58,507 nt of DNA, taken from contig CAZHFP010000001.1 in NCBI GenBank assembly GCA_964531065.1, forward strand, positions 8,165 through 66,671, read 5' to 3'. A model generated the notes under the pieces. It searched no databases and had not been told where the DNA came from. It was given only the letters and a program-made list of their open reading frames with translations. Position numbers and translations under genes: made by a program. Below are positions 53,019 to 58,507 of the stretch, in pieces; position 1 is the stretch's first letter; every line of letters starts with the position of its first letter. The stretch comes from an uncultured bacterium. GTDB taxonomy: Bacteria; Oederibacteriota; Muellerivitia; Muellerivitales; Muellerivitaceae.

Positions 53019-55286
53019 ATGCTGCCCACTTCGTTAAGTATGGAAACCATCTCCAGGGGATTGTTCCTCCAGGAGCTCAACCAAGATGTGGTGGCCTCCA
53101 ACATCGCCAACACCTATCAGGATTCCCAGGGCTATTTGGTGAACAGCCTGCAAAGAGTGAATTCCACCGATGGGCTTTCGCTTTTCACGGGAAATGCTTT
53201 GGGACAAAACGCCGTGGGAACGGGCCCCTTGGTTTCTCAAATCACCCGCCTGCGGAATATGTTCCTCGACACGCAAATCCAGCAAGTCAGTTCGACGGTG
53301 GGAAGCGCCGAAATTGTAACGGGGGCCTTGAGCCAAATTAACGGCATCATCAACGGCGCGAGCGGCACTTTGAACGCGGCATTAACCAAGTTTGCCGGAG
53401 ATTGGGCCACCTTGGGGGCGAATGCCAGCCCCGCTACCGATCTGGCTGACCGCGCGGCGGTTGTCTCAGATGGCGTTGCTTTCGCCACACTCGCCAACAC
53501 CCAATACACCCAATTGGAAAACATGCAAATTGGTTACAACGGCCAGATCAACCAAACGGTTAGCGACATCAATCAGCTTCTTCGGCAGCTGTCTGGTTTG
53601 AACAAGCAACTGCTGGCTTCTCCGGCGGGAGTGAACGTGAACAGCCTCTTAGACGCCCGGGACTACGCCTTGGACAAGCTCTCCAGGCTGGTCAATATCC
53701 AATCCAACATCGGAACGGCGGGAACCGTCAGCGTGTATTTGGGCGGCAGCACCCTGACGCTGGTCGATGGAGCGGGAGCGTCGATCCTCCAGACCAATGT
53801 CTTGAACGGGCACAATCCGGGTTTAGTGGATATCACGATCCAGTCCGCGGAGGGAACGGTGACGTTTCCGGATGCCAATACCTGGATCACGGGCGGCAAC
53901 TTGGGGGGGGAACTCCAGGCCCGGGACGTGGTGCTGGAAGGCTATAAGGACCAAGTCGACGAGATCGCGACCTCGGTCATGAACGTTACGAACCTGATCC
54001 ACCAGTCCGGTTACGCCGCCGACGGTGTAACGACCGGAACGGCTTTTTTCACCGGGACCGGAGCTCAGGATATCAATGTGAACGCGTCACTGGTGGCTGA
54101 TCCGACCCATCAGTTGTTGGCAGCCTCCCTTGTGCCGACAGCGGACGCGGTTAATTACCCGATTTACCAAGGAACCGTCGCTAAGTACTTGGGAAATTTA
54201 CCCAACCTCTTGGCCAATAATTACGTGACCAGTCAGCCGCAAATCGGCGCGGTCAATCCGGCTGCCCCCATCGGTGGGCAACCTTTTACCTTCCCGCCTA
54301 CTCCGGGGGTGGGCCAGTTCACTGTCAACGGAAGTCCAGTGGTCTACAATACCGCGGTGGATTCCATTGATAGCATCCTAGCTAAAATCAACGCTGCCGC
54401 GCCGACGGTGGACGCGGTTTACGACGCCACAAATCAGGTCTTTGTCATGCTCTCCAACAACCCTATTACGATCGTGAATATTGCGGGTAATTTTGCAGGA
54501 GGCTTGACTCCCTGGGCCAACATCAAAAATGTTATCACCAGCTCGCTTCGTATGAACAATGGATTTGCGGTTGGAGATCCGAAAATCAACGAGAACAGCC
54601 CCAATCCCCCTGGCTACATGAATTCCACGGTGCCTGAAGTATGGCCCCCCATTCCTGGATTTCGCGCTGTTGGACCTAATTCCCAGGCCTTCCGGATTAC
54701 GCCTGGAACTGGCGGGACCTTTACCATTTACAGTTCTTCTTTGCCCGGGGGACAGGTTCAGATTTCCTGGACTAATACTGCCCTCAATCCCTCAAACTTG
54801 GCGACTATCCTGAACCAAATTTCCACCGCAACCGGGAATCAGGTGACGGCCAGTTTTAATTCCAACACGCAAACGATCACGCTTTACCAAAACACCCCCC
54901 AACCTTTCCAGATCATCGACAACACGGGTAATTTCACCGACTTTACAGGTTTAAATGAATCAACTTCCCCCCTGGGGAGCCTGACGTCCGGGGTTTTGAC
55001 CCAAATTAAAAGTGATCTCTCGAACCAGGGTCTCATCCAGGGGCAGGCCCAGGCTTCCTTAGACCAGCTTAATAACGCCCAAGCGGATGTCGCGGGATTG
55101 AATACCAGCACCGATGGAACCGGTCATGGTGTTCCGCTCGCCACCCTTCAGCAGCAGGCGGTGCAATCCTTGGTGGCTTATAACGCTTCATTGGACATGA
55201 TGCAGGTGATCGACCAGATGTATGAGGATTTGGTGGGGATTGTGGGCGGAACCACTACGTCGAATAATTTCTTTCAGCACCATTGA
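53019..55286 (+). CDS. flgK: Flagellar hook-associated protein 1 FlgK (long form)
   Basis: N-terminal rod/hook-family motif (VVASNIANTYQDSQGY) and the C-terminal LQQQAVQSLVAYNASLDMMQVIDQMYEDLVGI. 755 aa. GAGGAGG RBS. Confidence 0.85.
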   Translation: MLPTSLSMETISRGLFLQELNQDVVASNIANTYQDSQGYLVNSLQRVNSTDGLSLFTGNALGQNAVGTGPLVSQITRLRNMFLDTQIQQVSSTVGSAEIVTGALSQINGIINGASGTLNAALTKFAGDWATLGANASPATDLADRAAVVSDGVAFATLANTQYTQLENMQIGYNGQINQTVSDINQLLRQLSGLNKQLLASPAGVNVNSLLDARDYALDKLSRLVNIQSNIGTAGTVSVYLGGSTLTLVDGAGASILQTNVLNGHNPGLVDITIQSAEGTVTFPDANTWITGGNLGGELQARDVVLEGYKDQVDEIATSVMNVTNLIHQSGYAADGVTTGTAFFTGTGAQDINVNASLVADPTHQLLAASLVPTADAVNYPIYQGTVAKYLGNLPNLLANNYVTSQPQIGAVNPAAPIGGQPFTFPPTPGVGQFTVNGSPVVYNTAVDSIDSILAKINAAAPTVDAVYDATNQVFVMLSNNPITIVNIAGNFAGGLTPWANIKNVITSSLRMNNGFAVGDPKINENSPNPPGYMNSTVPEVWPPIPGFRAVGPNSQAFRITPGTGGTFTIYSSSLPGGQVQISWTNTALNPSNLATILNQISTATGNQVTASFNSNTQTITLYQNTPQPFQIIDNTGNFTDFTGLNESTSPLGSLTSGVLTQIKSDLSNQGLIQGQAQASLDQLNNAQADVAGLNTSTDGTGHGVPLATLQQQAVQSLVAYNASLDMMQVIDQMYEDLVGIVGGTTTSNNFFQHH

Positions 55287-55305
55287 GCCGGATAAGGATT
55301 AAATC

Positions 55306-58260
55306 GTGAAAAACGCGGTTAACGACATTTTAAACTCCTTGTTTTCCTCTGACAAGACGGCCCTGTCCCAGAGTAAGGGGTCTGTTTCGTCAAAAGGGTC
55401 CCAGTCCAACGGGAGCACCTTTGAGGATGTGTTGTCCCAATTAGCTTCCCAAGAGGCGGGGTCTTCCGCTTCTCAAGGAGCCGGCTCCGGGCCCGCGGTT
55501 CAGGCGCAATCTTCCTCCCCCAGTGACACTTCTACTTCCGGAAACGGAATCGTTTCGGGATCGGTAACTTCCTTGTCGGAAACCGACATCCGGATCACCG
55601 AACATGTCAAAGTCGATAATTTGAACCAGTTGGCCCAGGCGGAACAGGCCCTGGTATCCTTGGCCGCGGGTTTGTCAAAACTGCTGGGCGCCCTCGCGGG
55701 TGTTCAGGGAATGGATCCGGCCCAAGCGCAAAACGCCTTAGTGGCCTTGTCGGGCGGAAAAATTACCGCCCAAGACGCCCAGTCCCTGCTGGCTTCGCTG
55801 CAAGCTTTGGTTTCTCAGACACCGGATTCAAAAAATCCACTTCTCTTGTCCAATGATCAGCAAAGCGCCTTTTTAAACCAGATGCTCCAGCAAATGCTCC
55901 AAAATCAACAGGTGCTTTTCGGCGCGTTAACGCCCGGAGCCGATGGATCCGCTTCTTCCGCCGTCAATGGAACGGCAGGGTCGGGCGCCATTCCTACCAC
56001 AGATGTTTTTCTCAAGATGTCTTTCTCAGACACCCAAATCGTCCAGTTTCAACAGACCAACACCCAAAGCTCCAGCGTCTTCATTGATTTGCAAACCTTT
56101 AAAATGTCAGCCACCTTTATCCAAGCGGGACAAACCGCCAATGGGGGATCGACGTTACAGCCTCTCGCGGCGTCGGACTCGCTTACCGGGGCCCTTAACC
56201 AAATTTTTTCCAACCAGCCTTCCTTCAATTCTTCTTCTGTTTCGTCCAGTACGGTTAACAGCCAAGGCGCTTTGATCAACGCGGCCCAGCCCCTGGATGA
56301 TTTAAGCAAAAATCTTAAAAACTTGGTCCAGCTTTTAGTCGGAGCCGGCGCCAGCCAAGCGGTTTTAACGACCTTTATGAACCAGCAAAAGAACTTGTCC
56401 AACGCTGATTTAAATCAAGGCCTGTCCCAAAACCTTTCATTGGATAATCTGGTTAAGTCCTTGGCTCCAGCCTCGGCGATTCCGCCGACCCCGCCGACCG
56501 GCGCGGCTTCCGCGGAAATCAACAACACGGTTCATACTCAGTCGTCTTTCTCTAGCGAATTATTCGTGGAGGAGATGTTTGCTCAAGTTTCGGTCGCTGG
56601 GCAGGCGCAGGGAGGTTCGGCGGTTTCCACCAATGGTTCCAACCCTCAGCCTTCGGGCTTGGAAGTGAGCAGCCTTAACGCGATCAATGACGTGGTGGCG
56701 CGGCTGAATGTTCTCTCGCTTCAGGCGGGAGGAGCCCTTACGGGGAATCCGGCGAACAACGAGGGCAAATCGTCCCCGTCCCTTGAACAGCTGATCAGCG
56801 CCTTGAACGCCGCTCCCTCGGCCCCGACCCTTCCGGCCGATGCCTTTTCCGACCATCCACAAAATAATCCATTGACGACAACGCCACCGGTTCTTTTGAA
56901 TCCTCCGGCCGCCGTACCTGTTTCGGCCTCCAACATTGGAAATGATTTGGTTAACCAAGCGGCTTTAGTGAACGAGGCTGTCGCGGCCGTGAGCCAGGCT
57001 CTTCAAACCCAGGCGTCGCAGAACCAGTCGGCTCCTCCACAAAACAACGCGGCGACGGTGGCCCTGGTTACTCCGGCCCAGCCTGTCCAAACTTCAATTT
57101 CCGTCGGGCAGGAAAGCATCAACCCTTCCGACAGCCTTTTGGGGAACGCGCCGGTGAGCCATCTGTTGGTGGGGCCCTCCAACGCGGTTTTTGAAAATAA
57201 TTTTATTCCCAACGTCTCCAACGTCCTTTCGCCCTTGACCGTTCAAACGCCGGTGGGCTTAAGCCCCGCGGTTCAAACCGTGACGGTTCCCAACGAGGCC
57301 GTGACTGCCCAGGCTCCGCCCGTTTCGCCTGTTTCACCCACGGTACAGGAAGTGGTCGCTCCCACTCCGGTCGACGTTCAGGTGAAAGTGGCCAATCCAA
57401 CGGACGTTTCGACCCTTCCGAACGCCCTCGTCCCGGCCGCCACTACTCCGGGAACAACGGTTTCTGCTTCAACGGCCCAAAACGTTTCCGCTTCGGTTGT
57501 TACGGGCGAAGTGGTGAAGTTGGCGGGTCAAACCCCGAACCCGGTAAGAAACATCGACAACGCGAACCAGATTACCGTCAATAATGTTTCGGCGGTTTCG
57601 GCGGTCCAACCCATTAACCCCCAGGCGGTGACGGCGGTGACGGACGGCTCCAGCTTGACGACCGGCCTCAATATAAATTTTGACCAATCGAAAAACACCA
57701 ATAACAATTCCTCGGATCTCTCGTTAAATTCAAATCTATTACCGGTGGTCGCGGCCGCGATGGGGGACAAGGTCAACGGCGGCGCCCTGGCCAATAACGT
57801 CTCGAATCTTAAAGTCGACAGCCTCCAAATTTTGAATCAGGTTTCCGATCAAATCACTGCCCACGCCTCGGAAGCCAAGGCGGTTTCCCGCTTAAGCTTC
57901 CAGCTGATTCCGGAAAGCCTTGGCCGGGTGACGGTGCAAATAGCCTTGGTGGATCAGGCGGTTTCAGCGAAGATTATTGTTTCCAACCCGGAGGTCAGGG
58001 AAGCCCTTCAACACCACATGGTGGATTTGAAAGCGGCCCTGAACCAAGCCGGCCTCCAAATTGACCAATTACAGGTCCAAATCCAGGGAGGGTCCTCCAA
58101 CCTCCTGGCTCAGTATTACCAGTACCAGCAAGAGGGTTTTGGCAATGGTTCGTCCCAATCCTCCGCTAATACCGCTGGGGACGACTCAAAAACCATTGAA
58201 AACACGGGGGATTTAGGGATGATGTCAGTCCGGATGTCCTTGTTGGACGTCCTGGCCTAA
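55306..58260 (+). CDS. fliK: Flagellar hook-length control protein FliK (984 aa, very long)
   Basis: The C-terminal Flg_hook signature SRLSFQLIPESLGRVTVQIALVDQAVSAKIIVSNPEVREALQHHMVDLKAALNQAGLQIDQLQV lies at about 57880-58110. The preceding ~850 aa are Q/S/A/P/V/N-rich and look low-complexity. flgD follows. Confidence 0.8.
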   Translation: MKNAVNDILNSLFSSDKTALSQSKGSVSSKGSQSNGSTFEDVLSQLASQEAGSSASQGAGSGPAVQAQSSSPSDTSTSGNGIVSGSVTSLSETDIRITEHVKVDNLNQLAQAEQALVSLAAGLSKLLGALAGVQGMDPAQAQNALVALSGGKITAQDAQSLLASLQALVSQTPDSKNPLLLSNDQQSAFLNQMLQQMLQNQQVLFGALTPGADGSASSAVNGTAGSGAIPTTDVFLKMSFSDTQIVQFQQTNTQSSSVFIDLQTFKMSATFIQAGQTANGGSTLQPLAASDSLTGALNQIFSNQPSFNSSSVSSSTVNSQGALINAAQPLDDLSKNLKNLVQLLVGAGASQAVLTTFMNQQKNLSNADLNQGLSQNLSLDNLVKSLAPASAIPPTPPTGAASAEINNTVHTQSSFSSELFVEEMFAQVSVAGQAQGGSAVSTNGSNPQPSGLEVSSLNAINDVVARLNVLSLQAGGALTGNPANNEGKSSPSLEQLISALNAAPSAPTLPADAFSDHPQNNPLTTTPPVLLNPPAAVPVSASNIGNDLVNQAALVNEAVAAVSQALQTQASQNQSAPPQNNAATVALVTPAQPVQTSISVGQESINPSDSLLGNAPVSHLLVGPSNAVFENNFIPNVSNVLSPLTVQTPVGLSPAVQTVTVPNEAVTAQAPPVSPVSPTVQEVVAPTPVDVQVKVANPTDVSTLPNALVPAATTPGTTVSASTAQNVSASVVTGEVVKLAGQTPNPVRNIDNANQITVNNVSAVSAVQPINPQAVTAVTDGSSLTTGLNINFDQSKNTNNNSSDLSLNSNLLPVVAAAMGDKVNGGALANNVSNLKVDSLQILNQVSDQITAHASEAKAVSRLSFQLIPESLGRVTVQIALVDQAVSAKIIVSNPEVREALQHHMVDLKAALNQAGLQIDQLQVQIQGGSSNLLAQYYQYQQEGFGNGSSQSSANTAGDDSKTIENTGDLGMMSVRMSLLDVLA

Positions 58261-58334
58261 CAGGTTGTTTTTGTGTTAAAGGTTTTAGGGAAAAGGCCGT
58301 TAGATATAGTGAAGTTTGAAAGAGGGGTGACAGT

Positions 58335-58507
58335 ATGGTACCAGGAGTTGGAAGTACAGCAGGTGCGGGAAGCAGCAATGCAGCCAATGCGGTTGCGAGC
58401 GCTGTGGGTAGTGATTCCTTTGTGTCTCAGAATACGTTTTTAACGCTTCTGATCACGCAATTGAAGAATCAAGATCCCATGAACCCGCAGGACAGCAGTC
58501 AGTTTGT
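58335..58507 (+). CDS. flgD: Flagellar hook capping/assembly protein FlgD, 3'-truncated by window edge
   Basis: MVPGVGSTAGAGSS...SQNTFLTLLITQLKNQDPMNPQDSSQF is the conserved FlgD N-terminal motif. The frame is open to the window end. Confidence 0.85.
   Translation, partial: MVPGVGSTAGAGSSNAANAVASAVGSDSFVSQNTFLTLLITQLKNQDPMNPQDSSQF

Noticed and set aside
1-58507. Looked for CRISPR arrays, transposase or integrase genes, toxin-antitoxin pairs, restriction-modification systems or other defence cassettes.
   Set aside because: None is recognisable. The only repeats are the stalk tandem duplication and the two palindromic CACCAAG elements.

Overview
All supportable genes in this 58.5 kb window are on the + strand, and I found no rRNA, tRNA, CRISPR array, transposase or integrase. 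All calls come from motifs read by eye; no database search was run.

The left ~18 kb is housekeeping and accessory:
- a DUF1501 fragment;
- an AT-rich orphan gene;
- a secreted GH116/GBA2-type glycosidase with a ~390-aa Thr/Pro/Ser stalk and an Ig-like C-terminal domain;
- a Gfo/Idh/MocA oxidoreductase and an HExxH protein;
- two thioredoxins, secD, secF, yggS, proC and yggT;
- a purine nucleoside phosphorylase, mtnA and a hotdog thioesterase;
- a 34-aa Arg/Lys-rich ORF missing from the ORF track;
- a membrane GAF-GGDEF cyclase and a small MerR regulator.

From ~18.9 kb to the window end lies a ~40 kb flagellar supercluster. Its order is flgBC-fliEFGHIJ-motAB-fliLM-fliY/N-fliOPQR-flhBAFG-x-fliA, then FapA, a DUF2802-like gene, a FliK-C-like gene and an FlhB-C-like gene. 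These are followed by two outer-membrane barrel genes, flgFG-flgA-flgH-flgI, a FlgJ rod-binding domain gene, yvyF-like-flgM-flgN-flgK, a giant fliK, and the start of flgD. The synteny is Firmicute/spirochaete-like, but L/P-ring genes are present, so the organism is diderm, possibly from an uncultivated lineage.

The most interesting observations:
1. Two paralogous PorV/FadL-like outer-membrane beta-barrel genes carrying Ig-like and FN3 domains sit tightly inside the rod/ring operon.
2. A ruler-less FliK-C-like gene is paired with an FlhB C-terminal-only paralog.
3. FliK is 984 aa.
4. A ~120 bp palindromic element built from CACCAAG heptamers occurs twice.
5. The MerR gene lies next to a sigma70-like flgB promoter overlapped by a perfect palindrome.
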